DNA of 64,000 nucleotides from Narcine bancroftii (Eukaryota), in the NCBI RefSeq assembly GCF_036971445.1, contig NC_091471.1:348378001-348442000 (forward strand), written 5' to 3'. The number at the start of each line of letters is the position of its first letter. Within the stretch, counting starts at the first letter, position 1. The notes beneath the pieces are model-generated. The model had not been told where the DNA came from. It worked only from the letters and a program-made list of their open reading frames with translations, and did no database searches. Positions 1-13,000 of this stretch are shown in pieces. A program made the translations under genes and the position numbers.

Positions 1-539
1 GGAGAGGTTGATGTCATGATGTGAGGGGTGCCATGATCAGCGGGAGAAGGGACGCTGCCGCGGAGAGGAGAGAGGTCACTGCCACAGGGAGCAGAGGAGA
101 GGCGTCGGCTGCCACTGGAAGGGGAGGAGTGGAGTCGGCTGCTGAGGGAGCAGAGGGGAGCGCGATTGACGGTGGGTGGGGGGGGACAGGGGAGACTAGT
201 TTGCGTGATGCATTACTTAACGTGTCGTTGCGGGGGCAGGATCCCCTTTAAATCACCCCTCAGCTTAAAAGGTGCTGGAGGCACCTTTGCCTCATTAATC
301 GCACCGTGCTGCAGCTTTTGTAATTTTCTAACTCAGACCCATCCTGGTGTAGGGTAGGGTTTTGAGGGGTTGACTCATTAAGATAAAGATTATATCTAGA
401 CTGATCATTTGAGGCAGCCTCTGGAAACCTCCCTCCCAATATAAAATACTGGCATACTGCGCAGCAGTGCCTTCATTTCTTTTGTGTTAAAGCTTTTCTT
501 TAAAGCTTTGTTTTTAGCTGCAGTTATCTCCACCTGTGT

Positions 540-790
540 TCATTTAAATTTATGCATTCAGCATAGTAACAGGCCCTTTCGGCCTACGAGTCCATGCTAC
601 TCATTATACCCAATTAACCTACAACCCTTGGTACCTTTTGAACAGTGGGAGGAACTGGACTCCCCAGGAAAAACCCACGCAGATGGGGAAGAACATGCAA
701 ATTCCTTACAGACAGTGCAGGATTTGAATCCCTGCCCCGATCTCTGGTGCTGTAACAGCGTTGTGCTAACTGCTACGCCAACTGTGTTGT
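540..790 (-). mobile_element. tRNA-derived V-SINE/HE1-like SINE
   Basis: tRNA-like head on minus (GTTGGCGTAGCAGTTAG...GATTCAAATCC). Related copies at about 24440-24660 (-) and 54633-54875 (+). Confidence 0.55.
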
Positions 791-979
791 TGGCTCCTTC
801 TACTTCTCTGAGTTAAAATGTGCCTTGCTTTGCTACTGCAAAGTGTTGCTTCATCAGGTTGAGGGGGGGGGGAGGGATTGGCATGCAGGCTGGGAGGGGT
901 GAAGGGGCGTGCCGGTGGGAAGATGTGTACAAGATATAATGCCTTTATTTTCCTGAAATGTTCTGTGGTTTATTCTTAG

Positions 980-1064
980 AATGGTGATAAAGAAAATTAC
1001 AGCTCTGGAGCACAAGGTACATAGGAGAGTACTCAGCAAGGAGAATTTCATCAACTACATCCAG
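980..1064 (+). CDS. UTP6: UTP6 exon 2
   Basis: ttag|a MVIKKITALEHKVHRRVLSKENFINYIQ |gtgagt. Confidence 0.9.
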
Positions 1065-4000
1065 GTGAGTGGCTCACTGATTACCATGGTGTAGTACAGG
1101 CAGGTGTCAGCACCCACTCCTCACCTGTAGCGGCACCCACTCCTCACCTGTAGCGGCACCCACTCCTCACCTGTAGCGGCACCCACTCCTCACCTGTAGC
1201 GGCACCCACTCCTCACCTGTAGCGGCACCCACTCCTCACCTGTAGCGGCACCCACTCCTCACCTGTAGCGGCACCCACTCCTCACCTGTAGCGGCACCCA
1301 CTCCTCACCTGTAGCGGCACCCACTCCTCACCTGTAGCGGCACCCACTCCTCACCTGTAGCGGCACCCACTCCTCACCTGTAGCGGCACCCACTCCTCAC
1401 CTGTAGCGGCACCCACTCCTCACCTGTAGCGGCACCCACTCCTCACCTGTAGCGGCACCCACTCCTCACCTGTAGCGGCACCCACTCCTCACCTGTAGCG
1501 GCACCCACTCCTCACCTGTAGCGGCACCCACTCCTCACCTGTAGCGGCACCCACTCCTCACCTGTAGCGGCACCCACTCCTCACCTGTAGCGGCACCCAC
1601 TCCTCACCTGTAGCGGCACCCACTCCTCACCTGTAGCGGCACCCACTCCTCACCTGTAGCGGCACCCACTCCTCACCTGTAGCGGCACCCACTCCTCACC
1701 TGTAGCGGCACCCACTCCTCACCTGTAGCGGCACCCACTCCTCACCTGTAGCGGCACCCACTCCTCACCTGTAGCGGCACCCACTCCTCACCTGTAGCGG
1801 CACCCACTCCTCACCTGTAGCGGCACCCACTCCTCACCTGTAGCGGCACCCACTCCTCACCTGTAGCGGCACCCACTCTTCACCTGTAGCGGCACCCACT
1901 CTTCACCTGTAGCGGCACCGATTCATCACAGTTTACAAGATAATAAAGAATACACTCACTCATTTCTTTCAGGACACCATGAAGTTGACTTTCTTTTTAT
2001 TATTCACTAAGTCACAACATTGCATTCTTCAACTCCCCAAACGGCACTCAGCTAAACTCCTCTGAGTTATTGGTTCACTGCCACACGGATGATCCTGACA
2101 TTCTCACACTCCACCTGCATCTGAGATTCATCACCCGTGCACTGAAGCTTAACACACCCATGCATGTGCGCTTATATTAGCAGCAGCGGCCAGCACCACT
2201 CCCGACGAAAGTAAGTATGCGGCCGTGACACACTGAGGCATCTGTGTGATTCTGCTCTTTTCACCCAGTGTTTTATCTTTCAGTATGAAATCAATTTTCT
2301 CGAATTGGTAAAGAAAAGGCGTGTGGTAAGTGTGAGCAAAACTTTGCTGAGAATTTGTGATGAATATTTAGGTCTTGGGTGCCAATTTCTAAAACAGGAT
2401 CCCTCTGTTTTCCTGCCCCCACAGCGGACAGGCTACCACTTTAAGAAAGAGGAAATCGAATATGCCGTTGTTAATTGGGTCCATGGGTTGTTCCAGCGAG
2501 CACTGTCCAGGTGGAAGGTAGGGGTGAGCAGTGAATAGGCATCACTAGAACGCTGTAATGTGATCACGATCTTGTCACAGGCATTGGACAGTGTACATAC
2601 ATAGCAACATTTTTATTTGCTGCAGCCAAATATGTACTTGTAAAAAAAAAAAAATTAATTGCATTTTAAAAATACATAAGATACACGGTACAACTCTGAT
2701 TCCCTGAAATACTCATTTATCTAAAAAAATTTTCGGAGCCAAACTGACCTCACAGGTTGAAAAATAAATTCACTCTCTGTGAAATTAGATCAACGATTTT
2801 GCTCATTTCAGGTAACTCCTTCCTCTCTCTCTTTCCATTTCTTCTTTACCTTCCCCGATTGACTTTTCTCACCAACCCCCCCTCTCAAACTGCGTGCCAC
2901 TGTCTCCCAGCTGCAAGCAGTCGGAGCACTCCCTCGTCCCAGGGTCATCAAGGAGAGAAGCCTCCTGGCAGCGGTGGGGACATTGGGCTCCCGGTAACAG
3001 TGGGGCTTCGGGTGGCCAGCATTTTCTTTGGTGAGAATTAAGCATTATTTTAATGCTTTCCTTGTTGAAACACTGCTACAAATGATTTGCTGTTGCTACT
3101 GGGATGTTTTTAAAAAACAGCCAGTTCTCCGAAAAAAAAAAAGAGTTTATCTGACATTTCAAATAATCAGAGTTGCACTGTAACAGAATTTAAAAATACA
3201 ATCTATTCATGTGTTTATTGCATGTTGCCCGGTATCATGGACTTCTTGTGTTCCAGGGTGATATCCAGTTATGGCTTTCTCACATTGCCTTCTGCAAGAA
3301 GTGGGTAAGAAGGTTTGTTTTAATTGACTAATGCTCCTTGGTATTGCCACTCCTATGGTCTCTGTACTGTTCATGTATATGTAGTTTCCCCTTCCTCTCC
3401 CAGTCCTTCAGTCTCCCCCAGCGCCGTGCCATTGACACAACCTCTACTTGAGTTGAACCCAGAGTTGCTTTGTTTGGTTTTGATCTTTTCCCAGAATGCC
3501 AAGTTCAAGTTGAGCAAGGTGTTTTCTGCAATGTTGGCCATTCATCCTGACAAACCAGGTGAGCTTCCTGCCCTGTTCCTTATGGGCAGGTTGAGAGAAA
3601 TGTTGGGGTTGGTTTAACCCTTTGGACTCTGACCAATTTTAAAACTTTCATAATGTATACTCTAGTCTGGGTCCATGAGTAAAACTTTAGTAGAGTACAG
3701 TACAAACCTACTGGTATTTGGGTATAACTGGGATATGGAGTGCATAAAGGAGAGGGCATAAATGCCAGCATTTGGGTGGGTTGAAATATGTTTAAAGTGA
3801 GAGGCATTAAGAGTGGGCGATGAACTAGGGGGTGAATCAATACGTGGAATTGTGTGGTGACCTCTTGAGATGTTTCAAAGGGAATAGGAAGGGAGAGGGG
3901 AGTAACATTAGTAATCAGGGATAATATCACAGCTGAAGAAGGGGAGGACGTAGTGGGGGAGTTTCTACTGAATCATTGTGGGTAGATGCCAGAAATGGGA

Positions 4001-7000
4001 AGAGAGTGATCTTTTTTTTTGGGGAGTATTCTCTTGGACCTCAAATTGCCACTGGGATACTAAGGAACAGATAAGTAGGCAGATTTGGAAGGGTGCAAAA
4101 ATAACAGGAAGTTGTTATGGGAGACTTCAACCCTAATATTGACAGGCATCAACTGAGTGCAAAACGTTCACATGGGGATAAATTTGTCTGGATTCCTGAC
4201 ACTGTATGTAGACCAGTTGGCTGGAGAGGCTGTACTGGATCTAGTATAGGTAATAAACCTGATCAGGTGACACCTCTTGTTGGGGGAGCATTTCGGAGAC
4301 AGTGACCACAACTCCCTGAAGTCTAGTATAGTCATGAACAAGGATAGAAGTAGACAAAATGAGAAAGTGTTTAATTGGGGAAGGGCTAATTACAATGGGA
4401 TTGGGCAAGAACTAGGGAGATAAAATTGGGAACAGAAGTTCTCAGGGAGAAATCACAACAGAAATGTGGAGGATGTTTAGTGACCACTTGTGAAGGTTCT
4501 GGGTAGGCTTGTCCCACAAACACAGGGGAAGGATGGAAGGGTGAAAGAGCTATTATTTTTCCAAAAGAGGTGGAATAGTTAGTCAAGAGGAAGAAGGTAG
4601 CATACAAAAAATGTGTAAACGAAAGAACAGTCAGGACTCGAGAATTGCAAGGTAGCCATGAAGGAACTTCAGGAATTGAGCATTGCGAGAAGGCCTTGGC
4701 AAGTGGGTTAAAAAAAATACCCAGGGCATCCTACAAATACATGAAGAACAGATGAATGATTAAAGTGAGGGGAGAACTGCTCAAGGACAAAGAGGGGAAT
4801 AGATATAGGGGAGGTCCCTATTGAATCCTTTGCTTCAGTGCTCACTCCTGATGGGAGATGGACCTTAAGTGTGGAGCAGGCTAATGTGTTGCAGCATGTT
4901 GAGATTAAGAAACAGGTAATGTTGGAGATTCTGAAAAGCATCAGGATATAAGTTCTTGGAACCAGATGAGTTATACCCCAGGTTACTATAGGAAGCGAGG
5001 TGTTGTGAGCCCAGAGAACCCCAGCAACAATAGAAATTCACCAAGACAAATGGTTACTCAAACAAAAGTTGCTTTTAATTATCTTTAAATGTGAAAACAG
5101 GATCAAACTTTAACTTATTACTATTTAACTTAACCCCCTTCTAATTCTAAGCGCATGAGTATGTAATGTGTGTATAAGTTCAGGAAAGTTCTTTAATTCA
5201 CAGACCAATCTCACTCCAAGTTCACTGGTTGCAGGCAATTCTTATACTGTGCACAGAATTTAACATTTATGAAGTTCACCAGGCTTTGGTGCTTGAAAGG
5301 TAAATGGTTACTGCTCAGGAAGGTTCTTGTTGTTTTTCAGAGAGAGATTTGTTGCTCGTTAGACATCCACAACTGATCCCTTTCGATCAGCCACTTCAGT
5401 GTCTTGCTGAAGAAACTTACCCCATCAGGGTTTTCCAGATGATAACCTCTTTCTTTCAGGTCACCACAGAGTAACATTTTGTTTCCCTTATTTCAAGTGA
5501 AACATTATGCAGCCAGCCATCTCCTCTTGTATGGACCACAAGGGCTTTGACCAGGCTGAACTAAGAACTCACAACCTGTCTTCAGAATGGGGTTTTCCAC
5601 AAGTTACCAGCTTGTCCTGTTCCAGTCCCAGCTGCTGCTGCTGAACTGTATCTCTCTCACAGATAAAACCACATGACTCTCTCAGACAGACTGCGGTTCT
5701 GGACCTAATTTTCCAAATTCATTCATCTGTTGCTTTCCAAAAGAATAATCCATTACTCCACAGAATGTCCAATTAACACCTACTTGTGAAGTCCTTATAG
5801 GCATCCTTCAAAGTTTTTGCAAAGGCACCTGGAGCCTGAGTGTCTGGCTTGAGCAGAGCTCTAGCATTTTAAATGAGATCTGTTTTGAAGTGTTTGTATG
5901 TGGCCTACGCTTTAAAAAAACCTGCCACAATTTATCTCCTTTATATATATACACAATATAAAATATAACATAATCTTTCTTCACAGAGGGAAGAGGTTTA
6001 GGCGATGATCTTTGCATCCTCCCTGGCCACAGGGGAGGTGCCAAAGAATCGGAGAATGGCAAATGAGGTCCCATGTTTAAGAAAGACAAGAGGGAGAATC
6101 CAGGGAACTATAGACCAGTGAGTCTTGCATCAGTGGTGAGCAAACTATTAGAGAAGATTCTTAGGAACAGGGTTTGTGAGCTTTTGGAAAAGCATAAGTG
6201 TGTTATCTTGCCTCATGAGCCTACTTATGTTCTACGAGCATGTGACAAAATAGGCAGCTGAAGGTAGGATGGTGGACATGGTGCATGTAGATTTTATTGA
6301 GGAGTTTGATAAGAATCCCCATGCTAGGCTCATCCAGAGGCATGGGATCCATGGAACTTGGCTGTGTGGATTTGGAATTGGCTTGTTCACATAAAGCAAA
6401 GGATGGTTTAGATGGAGGATGTCCAGACTAGAGGTCAGTGACTAGTAGAATACTGCAGTGATCTGTTCTGGGACCCCTGCTCTTTGTTATTTTTTTTAAT
6501 ATATAAATGATCTGGACAAAGAAGTAGAGGAATGGGTCAGTAAGTTTGCAGATGATACGTAGGTTGGAGGTGTTATAGATAGTGTAGATAGTGAAGCTTG
6601 TCATAGGATACAACCGGATACAGACAGAATACAGAGTTGGGCAGTAAAGTGTCATATGGACTTCAATCCAGATAAATGTGAGGTGATGCACTGTAGATGA
6701 TTTAGCCTGAAAGCCAGAGGTTCATGATTCATGGCAGAATTCTTAGGAGTGTGGAGAAACAGAGGGACCTTGTGGTCCAAGTCCATAGCTCTCTCAAGGT
6801 TGCCATGCAGGCTGATAGTGTGGTTAAGAAGGCACGTGGAATGCTGGTGGTCAAGAGTTGTGAGGAAATGTTGCAACTTGATAAAGCTCTGGTTGGATCA
6901 CACTTAGAATGTTATTTAATGCACAAAAAGTGTTGGAGAAACTCAGCAGGTCATCCAGCATCCATGGGAGGCAAAGATAAGTACCTTGACAAAGGAAGGA

Positions 7001-10000
7001 AAACATGGAAGTCATCAGTCGCTGTGGTTGAAGAAAGATGAAGGGCTCAGGCCTGAAATGTCGGTCCTGTATTTTTACCTTTGCTCTATTGAGGACACTG
7101 CTTGACCTGCTGAGTTTCTCCAGGTCTTGTGTTTTGACCTTGGCGAAGGGCTTGGGCCCGAAAAGTCATTTGTATCTTTACTTCCTGTGCACTTTTTGTG
7201 CATTGAACAACATTCCAAGTGTTGCTTAATACACTTTGTGTATTACTCTAAACCAGTGGTTTTCAAACTGCCCCCCCCCCCCACCTCGCATTCCACCTTA
7301 AGCAATTCCTATGCCATCAGTGCTCTGTGATTGGTAAGGGATTGCTTAAGGTGGGATGTGAGTGAGAAGGAAAAGTTGAGAATCACTGCTCTAGACCCAA
7401 TTGTTACTGAAATATTTTGCTTGAGAAAAATTGTCATTGGCCCATTTCCTTTGGAGTTGTGAAACCATGCACATAACGAGTCCATTAGGTACGATTAAAA
7501 CAGTGATTTTCAAACATTTTCTTTGCACTCACCCACCACCTTAAGCAATCCCTTACTAATCATAGAATACTTATGGAATAGGGAATACTTAAAGTGGTAT
7601 GTGAGTTTAGGGGGGGGGCAATTTGTAAACCACTGATTTACGCACTGTCTGAAGACTTCCTTTTTTAATTCCTTGGAGTGTTGTGTTTGGTTCTGGTCAC
7701 CTCATTACAGGAAGGATGTGGATGCTTTAGAGCAGATGCAGAGGAGATTTACCAGGATGTTGCCTGAATTGGAGAATATGCCTCATGAGGAAAGGTTGCT
7801 TGAGGTAGGGCTTTTCTCTTTGGAGTGACGAAGGATGAGAGGTGATTTAATATAGTTAGGATTGAGTTGTCTACATAGAGTGGACATCCAGTACTTTTTT
7901 CCTGGGGCAGCAAACACCAGAGGACATCTGTTTAGGGGGGAGGAGTTTAGGAGAGACATCAGGGTTAGATTTTATACACAATGTGGTGGGTCCCTGGAAT
8001 GCATTGCTGTGGGTGGTGGTGGAAGCTAGTACAATAATGACTTTAAAAGACTCTTAGCTAGGTGTGAGGTAGGGAAGGGTTAGGCTGTTGTGGATTAGAT
8101 TTATAGTGGGCCGAAGGGCTTGTGGTGCTGTGTCCTATCCTCCATGCCTGGAGGCAGTTTGGGTAAAGTTGGGCTCTGGGGGAGAGGGAGTGTTGACCAT
8201 TTCCTAGCTACTGTAATTCACGTTTACCCACTTTCTTCTTGTCTTCCAGCACTGTGGATCATGGCAGCCAAGTGGGAAATGGAAGACAAGTTATCCTCAG
8301 AGAATGCAAGGCATCTGTTCTTACGAGCTCTCCGCTTTCACCCAGAATCTCAGAAGTTGTATCAGGAGGTAGGTGTTGGCAGGCCGTATCCTTCTCTGTG
8401 ATGCTAAATTGTGCAGGGGGGGAGGGGGAGATAGTGTTCACAGTTCCTGTGTGAACAATGGTTCAGGCCGAGGTTTGAGGAACACTGACCTGTTGGATCA
8501 GCCCTTCCCACACCCAGCTCTGTCCATGAAAAGGGTGTTGGTGCCCTGTCATCCACAGGCCCGTCTGCCTTGCTGATGCTTCCAAATGAGTTTAGTGGGT
8601 GCAGAATTCAGAACTTTCCCTCGCTCCACGATTACCTGGTCAAAATATTTCTTGTTGTTATTTTGTGCTTCTCAAATTTTTTTTGTGACATGAGGCACTT
8701 TGGCCCAGGGGTCTATTGCTGCTCTCAGGGTGATCCCATCAATCCCATTTCCCTCTCATTTGATCTCATTCATTCTCCTCACACACCAACCCCACCCGCA
8801 CGTCTTTGGGAGGAAAATGGAGACCATGAGAGGATCCTGTGCAGTCACGGAAACTGCAAAGTAAATGGCGACAGAAGCTGGAGGTCGGGGTAAACCTGGA
8901 GTGCTCGGTCTAGGTGAGACCAATTCCCTTACTGCTTGAGGAGATGGTGCTGAGCTTGGATCCCTCCTGTGAAGGTGCCCCCCTCCCCTCCCCACCCCAG
9001 GATAATTGGGAAGAAGTTTCCATGTCAGGGTGGTGTGTAATGTGAGACATGCAGTGGTAGTGTCCCCTGGGCCTGCTGCCCTCAATCTACCTGGACTCGG
9101 GCTGGTGTTAGAGTAGTTGTGGTCAGGGTGCAGGCAAGTGCAGCGTGTGACTGTTCAAGTTGTCTCTTTCAGTATTTCCGGATGGAGCTGATGCATGCTG
9201 AGAAAATCCAGAAGGAAAAGGAGATCCTGAAGAAGGCAAAGCTGGAGCTGGTATGGAATGGGGTCGAGGACGGGGGTTAGGGAAAGCGTTAAGACCTGGT
9301 GTAAGTAAAAACACAATGCTGGAGAAACTCAGCTGCCTCTGTGACCGCAGATGTTCACTTGTATCCACACCTCCTCCCTCACCACCATTCTTTGCTCCAA
9401 ACAGTCCTTCCAAGTGGAGCAACATTTTATTTGTGTATCTGCAGGATCATTTATTGCATCCAGTGCTGTTATTGTGGCCTTCTCTGTATCGGAGAGACTT
9501 GATACAGACTGGAAGATAGTTTTGTTGAGCACGTCAGCTCTGCTGCAATAACAAGGACCTCCCAGTGGCCACCCATTTTAATTTCACACACTATTCCCAC
9601 ACCTATCTGTCTATCCATGGCCTCATGCACTGCCAAACTGAGGCTACCCACAGATAGGAGCAACATCTTGTATTCCATCTGAGCTATTCCAACCAGATGT
9701 CATTAACAGCAACTACTCCCATTTCTGTTGAGCCCCTCCTCTGTCTGTCTGTCTCCTTTTTCCTTTGTGTCTCCTTTCCCCCAGCACCCCACCCCTTCTC
9801 TCTCCTTTCCCCCAGCACCCCACCCCTTCCCTCTCCCCCAGCACCCCACCTCTTCCCTCTCCTTTCCCCCAGCACCCCACCCCTTCCCTCTCCTTTCCCC
9901 AGCACCCCATCCCTTCCCTCTCCTTTCACCCAGTGAGGTGCCTTCCCTGCACCACCTCAAGCTGTTTTCTCTTATTCCCTCCAATCTATATTTACCTATG

Positions 10001-13000
10001 ACCTCTTTCCAGTTGGATTGTATTCCTCCCCCCTCTCCTCTCCACCCTATCTATTTATTCAGGTGCCTGTCTACATTTTGCTCATACATTGATGAAAGGC
10101 ATAGGCCCAATTCGTCGGTTATGCATCTTTATCTTTGCTATATAAAGTACACTGTTTGACCTGCTGAGTTTCTCCAACGTTGTGTTTTTACCTCAACCAC
10201 AGTGTCTGTAGACTTTTGGGTTGTACTTTAGGACCTGGTATAAACTCGGCTCTTGATTCACAGGATGATGCAGCAGGGCCGGAGGAGATCATCAGTGGGG
10301 AATTGGCTCGTGTTGTGTACAAAAATGCCATCCAGAAAATTTCAGGTGAGGGGCTATCTTTGTTCTCCCACTGCACAACTCTCTCTCTCTCTCCTTTGAC
10401 CAAGCTCTGGAGAAGGACAGGAATAGACAATTTGGGATAGGAAAAATATGATGATTGGAGCTTGGAGCGCTTGGGGAAATTTATGGCAGAAAAGTGACAA
10501 ATGTTCAGAACATTTGGATGGTGCTCTGTCCATTGAAGCAGGGAAGGAATGGTAATGTGAAAGAACCATGGTGTACAAGGGATGTAGAAAATCTAGTTAA
10601 GAAAAAATGAAAAACAGGAGATGTTTAAGAAGATAGAAACTGAGAGCTCTAGAGAATTACAAGATTGACAGGAAAGAGCTTAGGAAGCTAGAAGGGGCCA
10701 TGAGAAGGCCTTGGCGAACAGGATTAAGGAAAACCTCAAGGCATTCTATAGGGATGTGAAGAACAAGAGGATGAGTGTAGATAGCACCCATCAGGGGTGA
10801 TGATGGAAATGTATGCGTGGTATCTGAGGAGATAGCGGAGATACTTTTAATGAATATTTTGCTTCGGTATTCACCAGAGACAAGGACCTTGGCAAGTGTG
10901 AGGATGACTTAGGGCAGACTGAAATGTTTGAGCGTGTTGATATTCAAAAAGAGAATGTGATGAAGCTTTTGAAAAGCATGAAGTCACACAAATTGCTAGG
11001 ACCAGACGAGATTTACCCAAAGCCAATGTAGGAAGCAAGGGAGGAGATTGCTGAGCCACCGGTGATGGTCTTTGCATCTGCACTGGGGACAGAAGTAGTA
11101 ATGGAGGGTTGCAAATGTTGTTTCCTTATTCAAGAAAGGGAGTAGAGATAACAAGGGAAATTCAGAATCAGAATTTTATTTGTCACGAGCATGTCACAAA
11201 ATCAGTTGATTTGCGACTGCATCACAAATACAAAATTGCTATAAATTGCATTTTAAAAAAATTGATACAAAATATGAGAAAGTGAAGTAGTGTCTGGTTC
11301 ATTGCCTATTCAGAAATATGATGGCGGAGGGGAAGAAGATGTTTTGGTAGCATTGGCTGTTTGTCTTCAGGCTCCTATACATGCTTCCTGATGGTAGCAG
11401 TGTGAAGGGGGCATGGCTTGGGTGGTGAGGGTTCTTAAGGATGGGAGCTGCTTTCTTCAGACTCTGCCTCTTGTAGATGGAATGAAGACTAATGCCCGTG
11501 ATGTCGTTGGTGGACAAGCTGTTGGAGATGATTTACAAACATTTACAACAGGATTTACAAGCATTTAGAGAGGCATAATCTCTGATTCGGGATAGTCAGC
11601 GTAATTTAATCTTCAATAATTTAAAAAAAAAATGGGTGAACTTTGTCACAAAACCAGGCTGTATGTACAAATGTTCCAGTATGAAGTCCACACCTAAAAC
11701 ATAAATCTGAACTACTAAAACCCTATCTTTTTAACTTCTCAGGAGTCAAATACAACTGATATAAAAATTTATAATTAGCTAAACTATTATCTTGCATTGA
11801 GTAATTTAGTCACACCATCTTGACACCATTCCTCTTGAGATATATCAAAAGATAGATCTTCCCATTTAATTCTAGATTTCTTTAAATCTGGTTTATTCTT
11901 CTTATCTTGTAACAAAGCATACATATCTGAAATAAATTCCTTTTTTTAATGTATCGAAAATCAAAAGCAAACTTAGTTAATTTAGGTAGCATAATTTCTC
12001 TTCCAAAATTGTTTATCACCAAAGCTCGCACTTGATAATATACAATATATAATATACATCTTCAAAACAATCATCAATCACTTTTATGCCTTTAAAATCC
12101 CAAATCTTTAAATATAAATTATCCATCGAAAAGGGAATAACTCTGTTTTGATAAAACAGAGTTTGGGCCACAATCTTGCCCCCAGAACCTATAACAGAAT
12201 TACTTTTGGTCCAAATCGAAAACAAATGTTTTAAATTCGGCACATTATATCCCTGTAACAAATAACTTGGAACACGTGCCCTTGCTCTCTCTCCCTAGCG
12301 ACGGCATAGGACAGAATAACAAAAATAAAAAAATATATTGAACCAGTTGAAGTAAAGAAAAATAGTAGGGAGGTCATGAAGCATATATAAGGATAACCGA
12401 GGAGGTAGTGATGGCTGTGTTGAAAAAGATAAATGTGGATAAATCTCCGGGACTGGACAAAATATTCCCAAGGACACTCAGGGAGGCTTGTGGACAGATA
12501 GTGGGGCCATTAACAGATATTTAGGATGTCACTGGCCACGGGGGTAGTGCCAAAGGATTGGAGGGTGGCGCATGTGGTTCCGCTGTTTAAGAAAGGGTCC
12601 AAATGTAAACCTGGGAATTATAGGCCCGTGAGTCTGACGTCTGTGGTGGGCAAGTTGATGGAAAGTGTTCTGAGGGATGGTATTTACAAATATTTGGAGG
12701 TACAGGGATTGATAGGAAGTAATCAGCATGGTTTTGTCAGGGGTAGATCATGCTTGACAAACCTGATTGTGAGTTTTTTGAGGGGGTTACAAAAAAGGTT
12801 GATGAAGAGAAAGCTGTGGATGTTGTCTATTTAGACTTTAGTAAAGCTTTTGACAAAGTTCCCCACAGGAGGTTAGGAAAAAAGGTGGAGGCATTAGGTA
12901 TAAATAAGGAGGTAGTGAAATGGATTCAGCAATGGTTGGATGGGAGGTGTCAGAGAGTAGTGGTAGAAAATTGTTTGTCCAATTGGAGGCCGGTGACTAG

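Larger units (their letters stand above)
3640..8130 (+). mobile_element. degenerate CR1 LINE ORF2, interrupted by nested insertions
   Basis: Remnant motifs MGDFN, SDHN, PGNYRPVSL, KFADDT, QRRFTRML in collinear order. Confidence 0.85.

Noticed and set aside
1111-1915. CRISPR-like array
   Set aside because: Units are contiguous with no unique spacers, there are no cas genes, and the context is a eukaryotic intron.
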